A DNA stretch of 50,851 bases from an uncultured Staphylococcaceae bacterium (GCA_964384805.1 CAYLLO010000005.1:1-50851), one strand, 5' to 3'. Shown: positions 1 through 12,138, numbered from the stretch's first letter. The notes: generated by a model not told the origin, from the sequence alone. Made by a program: numbers and translations.

Positions 1-75
1 GGTAGGCCTTACTAGATTCGAACTAGTGGAATGACGGAGTCAAAGTCCGTTGCCTTACCGCTTGGCTAAAGGCCT
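1..75 (-). tRNA. tRNA-Gln (UUG); terminal A of CCA lies just outside the window
   Basis: Reverse complement AGGCCTT TA GCC AAGCGGTAA GGC A ACGGA CT-TTG-AC TCCGT CATTCC ACTAG TTCGAAT CTAGT AAGGCCT A CC folds into a cloverleaf. Confidence 0.95.
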
Positions 76-83
76 ATAAAAAA

Positions 84-168
84 TGGTGGAGGGGGACGGA
101 TTCGAACCATCGAACTCGGAGAGAGTGGATTTACAGTCCACCGCGTTTAGCCACTTCGCTACCCCTCC
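84..168 (-). tRNA. tRNA-Tyr (GUA)
   Basis: GGAGGGGTAGCGAAGTGGCTAAACGCGGTGGACT-GTA-AATCCAC...GGTTCGAATCCGTCCCCCTCCACCA; long variable arm, encoded CCA. Confidence 0.97.
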
Positions 169-208
169 ATAGACTGGAATCTATAAACTATCATTCAGTT
201 GCTTTATT

Positions 209-237
209 ATTATACTACATCTTTTATTATTTGTAAA
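209..237 (-). promoter_or_regulatory. sigma-A promoter for the tRNA pair
   Basis: TTTACA-17bp-TATAAT on the minus strand about 40 bp upstream of tRNA-Tyr. Confidence 0.7.
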
Positions 238-371
238 TCATTTTGATAATTTATTATTCCATTTTCTGATTATTTTTAAGATTAATCTAAATTTCCTTTG
301 AATATATGGGCCCACGAAAAGAAAAATCTCTAATTTAATTAATTATACATTCTAAACTCTTAAATAAAAAT

Positions 372-809
372 TTAATTTTTAAAGCTTTTTCTAAATTTTT
401 TAAATGTCGTCAATATTGTTTCTAATATTAGTTTTATTATGTCTATAATTTCTTTAGGGTATACTAAAAAAATCATTATCTTGAAAACTGGTTTTCTTAT
501 TTTTATTAGAGCACCTTTTATATATGTTAAACCTTCTAAATATGTTTTTCTGGTGACAAAATAAATAAAAAATCCTAAAACTAAAAATAAAATAAAATGA
601 ATGGGTATATATCCGTTAGCCAAAACATAACTAAATTCATAAGTAAAATAAATCACTAAAAAAGAATAAATTATTGATACACCAATTTTAAATATTTTGT
701 TTAAGTTATTGATAAAAAATAACAAAGTATCATAGCTACTAATACAAAAAATACCATAACTAATTAAATACACCATTATTCTTAATTCTTCATTTGTTTC
801 ATGAATCAT
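372..809 (-). CDS. yabQ: Spore cortex biosynthesis membrane protein, YabQ-like
   Basis: Hydrophobic 145 aa with three predicted TM segments, ATGA overlap with yabP, NG motif before third helix; call rests mainly on yabP-yabQ synteny. Confidence 0.6.
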   Translation of the reverse strand: MIHETNEELRIMVYLISYGIFCISSYDTLLFFINNLNKIFKIGVSIIYSFLVIYFTYEFSYVLANGYIPIHFILFLVLGFFIYFVTRKTYLEGLTYIKGALIKIRKPVFKIMIFLVYPKEIIDIIKLILETILTTFKKFRKSFKN

Positions 810-1084
810 TTAAATATTTTCCCAATAATATTTTGTTTGCTTTTTTTTATTTTTGGTTCATCTAAATACTCTAAAGAATAAATCATTCCTGTTATCCAAA
901 GATTACCTTTCTCAATATCTAATTGTTGCATTTCCAATTCTTCACCTCTTACTAACAAATCTCCTAAATTAGTACTCATATAAAATTCATTAGGATTTAA
1001 ACTTTCTAATTTTTTAATTCCTCTAATCTCTAATTGTTTACGATTTTTCAATGTTATTATTCCATTATTTTGTTCACTATTCAT
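806..1084 (-). CDS. yabP: YabP/YqfC family sporulation protein
   Basis: ITLKNRKQLEIRGI...TNLGDLLVRGEEL...LDIEKGNLWITGMIYSLEY and C-terminal IIGKIFK match the YabP pattern; AGGAGG RBS. Confidence 0.85.
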   Translation of the reverse strand: MNSEQNNGIITLKNRKQLEIRGIKKLESLNPNEFYMSTNLGDLLVRGEELEMQQLDIEKGNLWITGMIYSLEYLDEPKIKKSKQNIIGKIFK

Positions 1085-1100
1085 AAAAGCCTCCTAATCT

Positions 1101-1127
1101 AGTATATTTTTTTCTTTCATGAAATAT
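1101..1127 (-). promoter_or_regulatory. Possible sigma-E-type promoter of yabPQ
   Basis: cATA-16bp-AATATACT resembles the ATa-N16-18-cATAcanT consensus; AT-rich background weakens the match. Confidence 0.4.
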
Positions 1128-1188
1128 GTTATTTTTTAATTATATTAGTAAAAAATATGTTTTTTTTTTTACTTTGTGATACAATTAA

Positions 1189-2703
<1,515 letters not shown>

Positions 2704-2707
2704 ATTT

Positions 2708-2737
2708 GGCCCTAAGTTTAAACTTAGGACCTTTTTT
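2708..2737 (+). terminator. Rho-independent terminator after lysS
   Basis: GGCCCTAAGTT/AACTTAGGACC stem followed by T6. Confidence 0.75.
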
Positions 2738-2744
2738 AGATTAT

Positions 2745-3284
2745 TTATATTAATTTAAGTTCTTCAACTATCATTGAGTAAACAAGATATACCGGTTTAA
2801 ATTTATCCCCTTTAGGAGCAATTTTAAAAATACGCTCTTCCCAAGTATCAATCATTTCCATATCAAAAGGCATTTTATTTGCCAAAACATGATCTACTTC
2901 TTCTTCAATATTTTTAATAAATTCTTCACGTTCTTCAGTTAATAACTCCTCAGCTTCTAAATGGCATCGATAATCTTCTAAATAAATACTATAAACAATT
3001 AATGGTGCATAATAATTAAATAATTCCATATCACTATTAAAATAATCTTGATACATTATATTAATATCACCTAAAACATTCGATAAATATCCAAATCCTG
3101 CTTCAAAGATTTCCTCTAAAACATCATCAAGTTTTGAACCCTTAACATGTTCTTCATATATATACTTAGTAACTGTTAATACATCTTCTAATAAAACATA
3201 TACTCCCGATGATGTTTCTTCTAGTTTTTTAATTAAATCACGCATATCGGTCATATAACCATTGTAATCTTCATAAATGTTCAT
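2745..3284 (-). CDS. Acidic helical hypothetical protein
   Basis: Long ORF with genome-like codon use; GAGGTG RBS favours ATG at 3284 over GTG at 3293; family not recognised. Confidence 0.75.
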   Translation of the reverse strand: MNIYEDYNGYMTDMRDLIKKLEETSSGVYVLLEDVLTVTKYIYEEHVKGSKLDDVLEEIFEAGFGYLSNVLGDINIMYQDYFNSDMELFNYYAPLIVYSIYLEDYRCHLEAEELLTEEREEFIKNIEEEVDHVLANKMPFDMEMIDTWEERIFKIAPKGDKFKPVYLVYSMIVEELKLI

Positions 3285-3351
3285 AATATACACCTCGCAT
3301 ATATAGATTTTATCAAAAATAATGTTTTACTGCAAGACATAACATATAAAT

Positions 3352-5253
3352 TTATTCTGTTTTATCACAATATAAAATTTGATAAGTCCAATTCCAACTA
3401 TCAGTAATATTACTTTCCAAATACATAACCTTATTAGAAATTGCAAGAAAAGATTTATTATTTCCCATAACAATAGTTGGTAAATTTTCATTATATTGAT
3501 ACTGATATGCTTGCCATGCTTTTAGATATTCATCTTCAGTTTTAGCAAGATCTAATGTTTTAGCAGCCTCATCTAAAGCCTCAACATACAAGAAATTGAT
3601 ATTTCCATCATCTCCCCATTGATTTAACCCTGTATAATATGAAGCATCATTCAATACAGTTTCATATGTAGTTGTAAAAATATAAACATTTGCTATACGC
3701 TTATCTTCATCACTATTATAAGAATTTAAAATATCTTCATAGCTTGCATTTTGAGGTATATTATTATATCCATCACCTTTAAATGCGTAATAATAATCGT
3801 ATACTCCCATAGCATCAGATTGAATAACATTTATTTTAAATCCTATTTCTTTACCTACTTGAATTAATTCATCTAATGTTTTTTGTTGTTCAGAATTTGC
3901 TAATCCCATACATACTGCTATATCAATTGCCAATTCCTCTGCTATCTCATTATCTCCCTTACGATAGCGAACTGTATCACCCGCACTAAACAATTTGTTA
4001 CATGCTTCATCTCCATAAATATACCCAGCTTGTTCAATTAATTCTACTGCTTTAGTAATACTATATTCATATGTTTTTAATGGTTCTTTTTGACCTTTTA
4101 AATTAATGCCTATTACATTTTCATTTTCATCCAACGCTTCTTTAGTCATCCATTGATTTATTCCGTAATTACCATTAATATTATCTCTCTTCATTAAATG
4201 AGCAATCGCTTGACGAATTTCTTTAAATCTTACTACGCCCTTATCACAATGGAAACCCATAACAACAGAAGAATTTTTATCATATTGTATTACATTTACA
4301 ACATCTTTGTTAACATTTTTTAAATCACTTTCTGTATAACTAGTATCAAAATAATCATATTCTCCAGATTCAATTTTTTCTAAACATTTAATGGCAGAAT
4401 CTTGAGTTGTCTTTAATACTATCTTATCGATTTGTGGTTTTTGTCCTTCATAATTTCCTTTATAAAAATCATTTTTAACAACAACACATTCTTCATTAGT
4501 TAATTTTTCTAACTTATATGGTCCACTTGTTACTAATGGAAAATATCGATATCCTTGGAAATTATTTTCAATAGAATTAATCATGATGTTTTTTAATTCA
4601 TTGGTTGACTTACCTGTAAATTTAGCTCCCTTTTCTCCTTGTTCGATAGTAACACCAGGTAATAAGATATCCATTGGATACGGAGTAATAGCGATATCAG
4701 TTAAATTTTGATAATTAGAATCATTAGTAGATATATATGAAAACTCATATTCACTAATTAACTTAATACCAGGTAATTCAGATAAACCACTTGTATCTTG
4801 GTTATATTCGTCTGCTCCCAAAGTATTATTAAAAACTAATTTTTGACCAGTTACTTCTTTATATATATTATTAGCAAATAATAAAACACTTCCCACGTAG
4901 TCTTTTGCTGTTATAGAACTACCATTATTCCACTTCAAGTCTTCTACTAATTTTATAGTATACTCAGTCCCTATTCCATCAAGTTCTTCTACTTTAAGTT
5001 CTTTAACAACTGTTTCATCAACTTCATATTTTCCTATTTTAGTATATGTGACCGGAGTATAGCCATAAATTAAATTTTTAATTATTTCAATACTATTTCC
5101 CGCACTAAAAACTTTGTTTATAAAGAAATCTGAACCTATTTCTTGAGTTAAACCAACTACAAAGGTAGTATCTTGTTTTTCTTTTGTTTTCCCACAAGAA
5201 TATAATGAAAAACTCAATATTATGGTTAGTAATAATAATTTAATTTTTTTCAT
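3352..5253 (-). CDS. ABC peptide-binding lipoprotein (family 5, OppA/DppA-like), no adjacent permease
   Basis: Lipobox LYSC; LKWNNGSSITAKDY, SGPYKL and EIRQAIAHL motifs. Confidence 0.85.
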   Translation of the reverse strand: MKKIKLLLLTIILSFSLYSCGKTKEKQDTTFVVGLTQEIGSDFFINKVFSAGNSIEIIKNLIYGYTPVTYTKIGKYEVDETVVKELKVEELDGIGTEYTIKLVEDLKWNNGSSITAKDYVGSVLLFANNIYKEVTGQKLVFNNTLGADEYNQDTSGLSELPGIKLISEYEFSYISTNDSNYQNLTDIAITPYPMDILLPGVTIEQGEKGAKFTGKSTNELKNIMINSIENNFQGYRYFPLVTSGPYKLEKLTNEECVVVKNDFYKGNYEGQKPQIDKIVLKTTQDSAIKCLEKIESGEYDYFDTSYTESDLKNVNKDVVNVIQYDKNSSVVMGFHCDKGVVRFKEIRQAIAHLMKRDNINGNYGINQWMTKEALDENENVIGINLKGQKEPLKTYEYSITKAVELIEQAGYIYGDEACNKLFSAGDTVRYRKGDNEIAEELAIDIAVCMGLANSEQQKTLDELIQVGKEIGFKINVIQSDAMGVYDYYYAFKGDGYNNIPQNASYEDILNSYNSDEDKRIANVYIFTTTYETVLNDASYYTGLNQWGDDGNINFLYVEALDEAAKTLDLAKTEDEYLKAWQAYQYQYNENLPTIVMGNNKSFLAISNKVMYLESNITDSWNWTYQILYCDKTE

Positions 5254-5527
5254 TTCTCTTTCTCCCTTATAAAAATTTTAAAAACAAAACTCTTCCTTTT
5301 TTTAAAGAACTTGTTTTCAATTGTTATTGTACCATAAATAGCTACATACGTCTTTTAAAATAATATTTTTTTCTTTAACTTATAGTTAATACAATAAAAG
5401 AAAAACTAGCTTTTAAGCCTATTTTAACTATTTTAATAGCAATATCCTACAAATTTGAACATATCGCTTTATTTTTTTAAGCACTTATGGTATAATATAT
5501 GGCGAGATAATTGAGAGGAGTATTATT

Positions 5528-6259
5528 ATGGGTAGAGCACATGAAGTTCGTGCAGCATCTATGGCTAAAACTGCCGCTGCCAAATCTAAATTAAATAATA
5601 AATATAGTCGTACAATATATATGATTGCTAAAAAAGGCGGAGCTGATCCTGATGCCAACTTAGAATTACGTGCGATGATTGAAAAAGCTAAACGTGAACA
5701 AGTTAATGCTGATACTATCAAAAGAGCGATTGAAAAAGCTAAAGGTGGAAGTACTGAAAGTTATGAATCAGTTCGTTATGAAGGATTCGGACCAAATAAT
5801 AGTATGTTAATCATTGAATGTTTAACAGATAATGAAAATCGTACATTAACAGCAGTCAAAACAGCTTTAAATAGATGTGGAGCTAAACTTGGAGTTGCTG
5901 GTTGTGTTAGACATATGTTTGATTACTATGCAGTCTTTACTTTTGAAGGATTAAGTGAAGATGAAGCATTTGAAGCGGTTGCTGAATTTGATATCGCTGA
6001 TTTATTCACTGAAGATGGCTATACAACTATATATGCTAATAGTTCAGATTATCAAGCAGTACGTGATGCCCTTGTGGCTGTTAAACCAGATCTAACATTT
6101 GTAGAAGACACTATTACTTATGTCCCTCAAACTACCGTAACTTTAACTGATCAAAAAGAAATTGATCAATTTAATCGTTTAAGAGCTTTGTTAGATGATG
6201 TAGATGATGTTCAAGATTTATTCCACAATATTGTTGGATTAGATGAAGAGGAAGAATAA
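5528..6259 (+). CDS. yebC: YebC/PmpR family protein
   Basis: MGRAHEVR start, GGADPDANLELR, YEGFGP, DDVQDLFHN. Confidence 0.93.
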   Translation: MGRAHEVRAASMAKTAAAKSKLNNKYSRTIYMIAKKGGADPDANLELRAMIEKAKREQVNADTIKRAIEKAKGGSTESYESVRYEGFGPNNSMLIIECLTDNENRTLTAVKTALNRCGAKLGVAGCVRHMFDYYAVFTFEGLSEDEAFEAVAEFDIADLFTEDGYTTIYANSSDYQAVRDALVAVKPDLTFVEDTITYVPQTTVTLTDQKEIDQFNRLRALLDDVDDVQDLFHNIVGLDEEEE

Positions 6260-6284
6260 AAGGTGTGGCAACACACTTTTTTTA
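6260..6284 (+). terminator. Terminator after yebC
   Basis: AAGGTGTG-GCAA-CACACTTT plus T-run. Confidence 0.7.
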
Positions 6285-6345
6285 TTATTCTTGTTTTTTT
6301 TAATTAACGGTGCTATAATATTATACATATAAGAGGTATAGTTTT

Positions 6346-7221
6346 ATGAATGATTATTTAGTAAAAGCATTAGCTTTTGATGATTGTGTAAGAATTTATG
6401 CGGTGAACTCGACTGAAGCACTAAACACAATCGGTAAAAGACTTAGTTATTATCCTAGTGCGCTTGCCGCTGTAGGGCGTGTAATGGCAGTTACTGTTAT
6501 GATGGGATCAATGTTAAAGTTAGAAGAAACAATTACTATTAAAGTTGAGGGGAATGGACCAATTGGTTTAATCATGGCAGATAGTGATGCCCATGGTAAC
6601 GTAAGAGCTTATTGTGAAAATCCCCATTGCCACTTCGAATATGCCGAAAACAATAAATTAAACGTTAAAGCTACTGTTGGTGATAGCGGTTTTATTAGTG
6701 TTATTAAAGATTTAAAATTAAAAGAACCTTTTGTTGGTAGTATTCCAATTATTAATGGTGAATTAGGCGAAGATTTTGCTTATTATTTCTCAGTTAGTGA
6801 ACAAGTTCCTTCAGCTGTTGCTTTAGGAGTACTAGTTAATGAAGAAAATGTTGCCATAGCAGCCGGAGGATTTATTGTCCAATTACTTCCTAATACTCCA
6901 GATTTAGTTATTGATTTACTTGAAGCACGAATTAAAGAACTTCCCCCAATTAGCAAAATGCTTGCTGATGGTATGACTCCAACAGATATCGTTAAAGAAA
7001 TCGCTGGTGATGGAGTTAAAATTTTAGAAAATGTTCCCGTTTCTTTTAAATGTAAGTGTAGTAAAGAACGCTTTGAAAGAGGACTTATTTCATTAGGACG
7101 GGAGGAACTTACCGACATTATTGAAAAAGATGGTCACGCTCATACAGTTTGTCATTTTTGTGGAAATGAATATGATTTTTCTAAAGAAGAATTAGAAAAT
7201 TTAATTGAAAAAACTAAATAA
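6346..7221 (+). CDS. hslO: Hsp33 redox-regulated chaperone
   Basis: YFSVSEQVPSAVALGV, AGGFIVQLLP, zinc motif CKCS...CHFC. Confidence 0.96.
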   Translation: MNDYLVKALAFDDCVRIYAVNSTEALNTIGKRLSYYPSALAAVGRVMAVTVMMGSMLKLEETITIKVEGNGPIGLIMADSDAHGNVRAYCENPHCHFEYAENNKLNVKATVGDSGFISVIKDLKLKEPFVGSIPIINGELGEDFAYYFSVSEQVPSAVALGVLVNEENVAIAAGGFIVQLLPNTPDLVIDLLEARIKELPPISKMLADGMTPTDIVKEIAGDGVKILENVPVSFKCKCSKERFERGLISLGREELTDIIEKDGHAHTVCHFCGNEYDFSKEELENLIEKTK

Positions 7222-7287
7222 ATGCAAATAATTTATTTAAAATCCCTTTCTTGTGCTATAATATTATAAAGTTAGGAGATGATTTAT

Positions 7288-8655
7288 ATGTATGCAAAAA
7301 ATGCTTGGGAAAAATATTTAGGAAATAACTTGCAAGAAGTAATGAATTTTAATGAGGGATACAAAAACTTTATTTCTGTAGGCAAAACCGAAAGAGCTTG
7401 TGTTAAAGAAGCAGTTCGTTTAGCTAAGGCTAAAGGTTTTAAAGAACTTAAAGATTTTTCTTCTTTAAAACCTGGAGATTTAGTTTATACCACTAACAAA
7501 GGTAAAAACGTTGCCGTATTTGTGATTGGTAATAAGCCAATTGAAGCAGGTTTAAGAGTTTTAGGTGCTCATATTGATTCACCAAGAATTGATGTTAAAC
7601 AAAATCCTTTATATGAAAATAGTAATTTTTGTTTAATGGATACTCATTATTATGGGGGAATCAAAAAATACCAATGGGTAACAATTCCTCTTGCGATTTA
7701 TGGTGTAGTTTGTAAAAAAGATGGTACTATTATTGATGTCACAATTGGTGATGAGGCAGATGACCCCGTTGTTGGTATTAGTGATTTATTAATCCATTTA
7801 GCTGGTGATCAAATGCAGAAGCCCGCCTCAAAAGTTATTGAAGGTGAAAGTTTAGATGTTACTATCGGTAGTATGCCTTTAGAAGGCGAAGAGAAAGAAG
7901 CAGTTAAAAAGAATATTTTAAAACTATTAAAAGAAAAATATAACTTTGAAGAAGAAGACTTTTTAAGTGCTGAACTAGAAATTGTTCCGGCTGGTAAAGC
8001 ACGTGATTACGGACTTGATCGTAGTATGGTGGCAGGATATGGTCATGATGATAGAGTATGCGGCTATACATCATTAATGGCGGTTTTAGACACCACTATG
8101 TGTGATTATACGACTTGTGCTATTTTAGTTGATAAAGAGGAAGTTGGTTCAATTGGCGCAACAGGTGCCCAATCTAAATGGTTTGAAAATGTTATTGCCG
8201 ATTTAATTAATCTTTCTAGTGATTATAGTGAATTAAAGGTTCGTCATGCTTTAGAAAATACCAAAATGTTATCAAGTGATGTTTCAGTAGGATTTGATCC
8301 ACTATTCCCAGGAGTTACAGAATCTAAAAATACTGCCTACTTAGGAAATGGTATTTGTTTTAATAAATATACTGGTGCGCGTGGCAAGAGTGGATGTAAT
8401 GATGCAATGCCTGAATTCTTAGCCGAAATTAGAAAAGTTATGGATGAAAATAATATTCATTTCCAAACAGCCGAAATTGGTAAAGTAGACCAAGGTGGTG
8501 GCGGAACCATCGCTTATATTTTAGGTAATTATAATATGAATGTTGTTGACGCAGGTATTGCTGTTCTTAATATGCACGCTCCAATGGAAATTGTATCTAA
8601 AGTAGATGTATATGAGGCATATTTAGCGTATAAAGCATTTATTAGTAAACTATAA
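7288..8655 (+). CDS. M18 family aminopeptidase
   Basis: GAHIDSPR, HYYGGIKKYQW, GHDDRVC, DKEEVGS, MHAP metal-binding motifs; alternative start at 7279. Confidence 0.93.
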   Translation: MYAKNAWEKYLGNNLQEVMNFNEGYKNFISVGKTERACVKEAVRLAKAKGFKELKDFSSLKPGDLVYTTNKGKNVAVFVIGNKPIEAGLRVLGAHIDSPRIDVKQNPLYENSNFCLMDTHYYGGIKKYQWVTIPLAIYGVVCKKDGTIIDVTIGDEADDPVVGISDLLIHLAGDQMQKPASKVIEGESLDVTIGSMPLEGEEKEAVKKNILKLLKEKYNFEEEDFLSAELEIVPAGKARDYGLDRSMVAGYGHDDRVCGYTSLMAVLDTTMCDYTTCAILVDKEEVGSIGATGAQSKWFENVIADLINLSSDYSELKVRHALENTKMLSSDVSVGFDPLFPGVTESKNTAYLGNGICFNKYTGARGKSGCNDAMPEFLAEIRKVMDENNIHFQTAEIGKVDQGGGGTIAYILGNYNMNVVDAGIAVLNMHAPMEIVSKVDVYEAYLAYKAFISKL

Positions 8656-8656
8656 T

Positions 8657-8688
8657 AAAAATACAAAGCTTAAAAGCTTTGTATTTTT
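8657..8688. terminator. Bidirectional terminator
   Basis: AAAAATACAAAGCTT-AA-AAGCTTTGTATTTTT between convergent genes. Confidence 0.8.
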
Positions 8689-9227
8689 TATTCATCTTCT
8701 TTCTTTTTCTTTAAACTATTAACATATATTGTAAGTCCTGATAGTAGTAATGATCCAAAAGCTGATATATATAGTAATGGTTGCCATATATTATAGCACG
8801 CTATTTTGACAAATTCTTTTTGTAAATAATTAGCGTCCATTGGTAAAGTATATTTATTAACTAAATAATAACTAAAGCCAATTAGAAAACCTGAAAAAGC
8901 AAAAGATAATAACTCCGCAGTTATAACTTTTAAATTTTTTCTAGTAAATAATCCACTTAATATTCCTTTTACCGCAACAACCAATAAACATAATACTGGG
9001 ACGACAATAATTACTAATACTACTAGCCATACAACCACAATATGTAACATATCTATTTGACTGATATTGCCATTTTTTAAAACTTCAGATATATTGGTAA
9101 AAATATATTTAATATATTCCCAAAAACTAAAATATTCTTCACCAATAGTCACAAGTGGGGATACAAAATATAAGAATAAAATAAAACAAGCAGTTCCACC
9201 AATAAAAAACTTTAATATTTTTTTCAT
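8688..9227 (-). CDS. Hypothetical membrane protein (about 4 TM)
   Basis: Four hydrophobic segments, AGGAGG RBS, directly after maf. Confidence 0.8.
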   Translation of the reverse strand: MKKILKFFIGGTACFILFLYFVSPLVTIGEEYFSFWEYIKYIFTNISEVLKNGNISQIDMLHIVVVWLVVLVIIVVPVLCLLVVAVKGILSGLFTRKNLKVITAELLSFAFSGFLIGFSYYLVNKYTLPMDANYLQKEFVKIACYNIWQPLLYISAFGSLLLSGLTIYVNSLKKKKEDE

Positions 9228-9236
9228 TTTCCCTCC

Positions 9237-9794
9237 TTATATTTTTTTCATTTCTTTTAATAATCGCTCAATAGGTAATCCTATAACATTATAATAATCT
9301 CCCTCTATATGATCAATATATCGCATAGCCTCTCCCTGAATCGCATATGATCCAGCCTTATCATAAACATTTTCTTCTTCAATATATCTTGCTATGTCCT
9401 TTTTACTCATAGGTTTAAAATAAACATTGGTTTTTTCATAGAAATTTAAAGTTTTCGCTCCTTTAATTAATGATACCCCCGTAAAAACTTGATGCATTTT
9501 ATTCTCTAACATTTGAAGCATTCGGACAGCATCATTATAATCTTTAGGTTTACCTAAAACTTCTTCATCGATCACAACAATTGTATCAGCACCTATAATT
9601 AAAGCTTCATTATCTTTAGTCTCATTATATACCCATAAAGCTTTTTGATGAGCTAAATCTATAACCGCTTCTTCTATACTTAAACTTTTATTAAATTTTT
9701 CATCAACTTTGGAAGGTACAATCTCATAAATTAACCCAGCTTCGGTTAAAATTTCTTGTCTTCTAGGAGATTGTGATGCAAGAATAATTTTCAT
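9237..9794 (-). CDS. maf: Maf nucleotide pyrophosphatase
   Basis: IILASQSPRR, IGADTIV, LGKPKD, DKAGSYAIQG, NVIGLP; start at MKIILAS. Confidence 0.95.
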   Translation of the reverse strand: MKIILASQSPRRQEILTEAGLIYEIVPSKVDEKFNKSLSIEEAVIDLAHQKALWVYNETKDNEALIIGADTIVVIDEEVLGKPKDYNDAVRMLQMLENKMHQVFTGVSLIKGAKTLNFYEKTNVYFKPMSKKDIARYIEEENVYDKAGSYAIQGEAMRYIDHIEGDYYNVIGLPIERLLKEMKKI

Positions 9795-9888
9795 ATATTT
9801 ACCTTTTTTATTTTTTGTCAAATTTGTTATTTTTATACTACAACTTATTATAAAATATTATGATTTACTTGTCAACTAAATTATGGTG

Positions 9889-9917
9889 TAAAAGAACAGC
9901 CTAAGGCTGTCCTTTTA
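9889..9917. terminator. Terminator after yabO
   Basis: AAAGAACAGCC-TAA-GGCTGTCCTTT stem with A/T runs on both sides. Confidence 0.7.
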
Positions 9918-10169
9918 TTTTGTATCCTCACTAATAAATTCATACATTAATTCAGAATCCATTTTTTTAGTTGATTCCTTTAAACTTGTAACTTTAACAA
10001 CTAAAGATTTTTTACCAAAATTGATAGTTATTAAATCTCCAACTTTAATTTCTTTCGAAGGTTTAGCTGGTTTATCATTGACTAAAATTCTTTCAGCCTC
10101 ACTTGCTTCTTTAGCAAGGGTACGTCTTTTAATTAATCTTGATACTTTTAAATATTTATCTAAACGCAT
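9915..10169 (-). CDS. yabO: S4-domain RNA-binding protein (YabO/RqcP-like)
   Basis: [21 protein letters not shown]...[10 protein letters not shown]. Confidence 0.93.
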   Translation of the reverse strand: MRLDKYLKVSRLIKRRTLAKEASEAERILVNDKPAKPSKEIKVGDLITINFGKKSLVVKVTSLKESTKKMDSELMYEFISEDTK

Positions 10170-10171
10170 AT

Positions 10172-12127
10172 TTATTCATTTTTAGGTTCTTCAGTTGTCG
10201 GAGTTTCATTTTCAGTTGTTGCCGCAACCATTTTAGCTTTTTTCTTTTCCCACCACGCAAGTTTGCCATTGTTAACAAGTTCTTCAATATCCTCTCTTGT
10301 TAATGTTTCAATTTCAACTAAGTGCATTGCGATTAAATCTAAAAGTTGACGATGTTCTTTTAATAACGCTTCTCCTTGTTTGTAACAATCATCAATTATT
10401 TTTCTGACCTCACGATCAATTTCTAAAGCTACTTGGTCTGAGAAATTCTTTTCTTTCATATAATCACGACCAAGGAAGACAGAACCTGTTTCTTTTTCAT
10501 ATTGTACGGGCCCTAAACTACTCATTCCATATTCGGCTACCATTGCTCTTGCGATTGCTGTTGCTCTTTGGAAATCATTATGAGCACCTGTTGACATTTG
10601 ATTAAATACTAGTTCTTCCGCAACACGACCAGCAAGTAATCCTGTAATCTCTGCGGTTAAAGTTTCTTTAGTTTCTAAGAAGTTTTCTTCTTCAGGAGTC
10701 ATTAAGTTATATCCTCCTGCTTGACCACGTGGTACAATAGTAACTTTTTGTACTTGTTGAGCCTTTTTTAGTTTTAATCCGATAACGGCATGTCCTGCTT
10801 CATGATAAGCAACTAATGCTTTTTCAGTATCGCTATATTTACGTGATTTTTTAGCTGGTCCCATAATTACTCGGTCAACCGCTTCATCAATATGATAAAT
10901 TTTGATTTCTTTACAGTTTTCTCTAGCCGCTAGTAATGCTGCCTCATTTAATAAGTTTTCTAAATCCGCTCCACTAAATCCAGGTGTTCTTCTAGCTACA
11001 TCGGTAAAGTTAACTCGGTTCGAAAATTTTTTATTTCGAGCATGAACTTTTAAAATTGCTTCTCTTCCACGCAAGTCTGGTTTACTAATTGTAATTTGTC
11101 GGTCAAAACGTCCAGGTCTAAGTAATGCAGGGTCCAAAATATCCGCACGGTTAGTTGCTGCCATAACAATGATTCCTGAATTGCCATTAAAACCATCCAT
11201 TTCAACTAGCAATTGGTTTAAAGTTTGTTCTCTTTCATCATGCCCTCCACCAAGTCCAGCACCTCTTTGACGTCCAACAGCATCTATTTCATCAATAAAA
11301 ATAATACATGGGGCACTAGCTTTGGCAGTTTTAAACATATCACGCACACGGCTTGCCCCAACACCTACAAACATTTCAACAAAGTCAGATCCAGAAATAG
11401 TGTAGAATGGAACTCCTGCCTCACCTGCCACGGCTCTCGCAAGTAATGTTTTACCAGTTCCAGGAGCTCCGACTAACAAAATCCCTTTAGGGATTCTAGC
11501 TCCCATTGTGAAGTATTTTTGAGGATTTTTTAAGAAATCAACAACTTCAATCATTTCTTCTTTTTCCTCATCTAACCCTGCAACATCTTTAAAAGTAGTT
11601 GTGCTTTTTCTATTTAAACGCGCACGGCTTTTACCAAAATCAAAAGCTTGGTTATTTCCTTTAGAACTATTTTTAAACATAAAGACAATTAATCCACCAA
11701 AAATAATAATTGGTAAAATAGTCATTAAAACCGATAACCAACTAAAGTTTGAAACTACTAATGCTGAATTAAAGGTTGCTTTAATAACTTCATCGTTCTT
11801 CATATCTAAAATTAGTTGCCGATCTTCTTCTGGTAAAACAATTGTAAATCCTTGAACTCTATTTGCTTTCGCATATTCATCAGTATAGATCCCTTTAATT
11901 GTAAAGATTTTTTCATTACCACTACCACTGATTCCTGACATTGATACTTCTTTAACATTATCACTTGTGATAACTTCAAAGAATTCATCACGTGATAATT
12001 CATCTATTTGATTTCCTCCATTAAAGATAAACATCATTATTCCCCCTACTACAAATAGAAGGATTAGAATAACAAAGATGTCTATAATTCCTCTTTTACG
12101 AGGATTTTGATTTCTCATGTTCGCCAT
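10172..12127 (-). CDS. ftsH: ATP-dependent zinc metalloprotease FtsH
   Basis: Two TM helices, [19 protein letters not shown], second region of homology, HEAGH. Confidence 0.98.
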   Translation of the reverse strand: MANMRNQNPRKRGIIDIFVILILLFVVGGIMMFIFNGGNQIDELSRDEFFEVITSDNVKEVSMSGISGSGNEKIFTIKGIYTDEYAKANRVQGFTIVLPEEDRQLILDMKNDEVIKATFNSALVVSNFSWLSVLMTILPIIIFGGLIVFMFKNSSKGNNQAFDFGKSRARLNRKSTTTFKDVAGLDEEKEEMIEVVDFLKNPQKYFTMGARIPKGILLVGAPGTGKTLLARAVAGEAGVPFYTISGSDFVEMFVGVGASRVRDMFKTAKASAPCIIFIDEIDAVGRQRGAGLGGGHDEREQTLNQLLVEMDGFNGNSGIIVMAATNRADILDPALLRPGRFDRQITISKPDLRGREAILKVHARNKKFSNRVNFTDVARRTPGFSGADLENLLNEAALLAARENCKEIKIYHIDEAVDRVIMGPAKKSRKYSDTEKALVAYHEAGHAVIGLKLKKAQQVQKVTIVPRGQAGGYNLMTPEEENFLETKETLTAEITGLLAGRVAEELVFNQMSTGAHNDFQRATAIARAMVAEYGMSSLGPVQYEKETGSVFLGRDYMKEKNFSDQVALEIDREVRKIIDDCYKQGEALLKEHRQLLDLIAMHLVEIETLTREDIEELVNNGKLAWWEKKKAKMVAATTENETPTTEEPKNE

Positions 12128-12138
12128 ATTTTTCTCCT

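Noticed and set aside
1160-1170. T11 tract in the lysS promoter as a slipped-strand switch
   Set aside because: Essential gene, and homopolymers are common in this AT-rich sequence.
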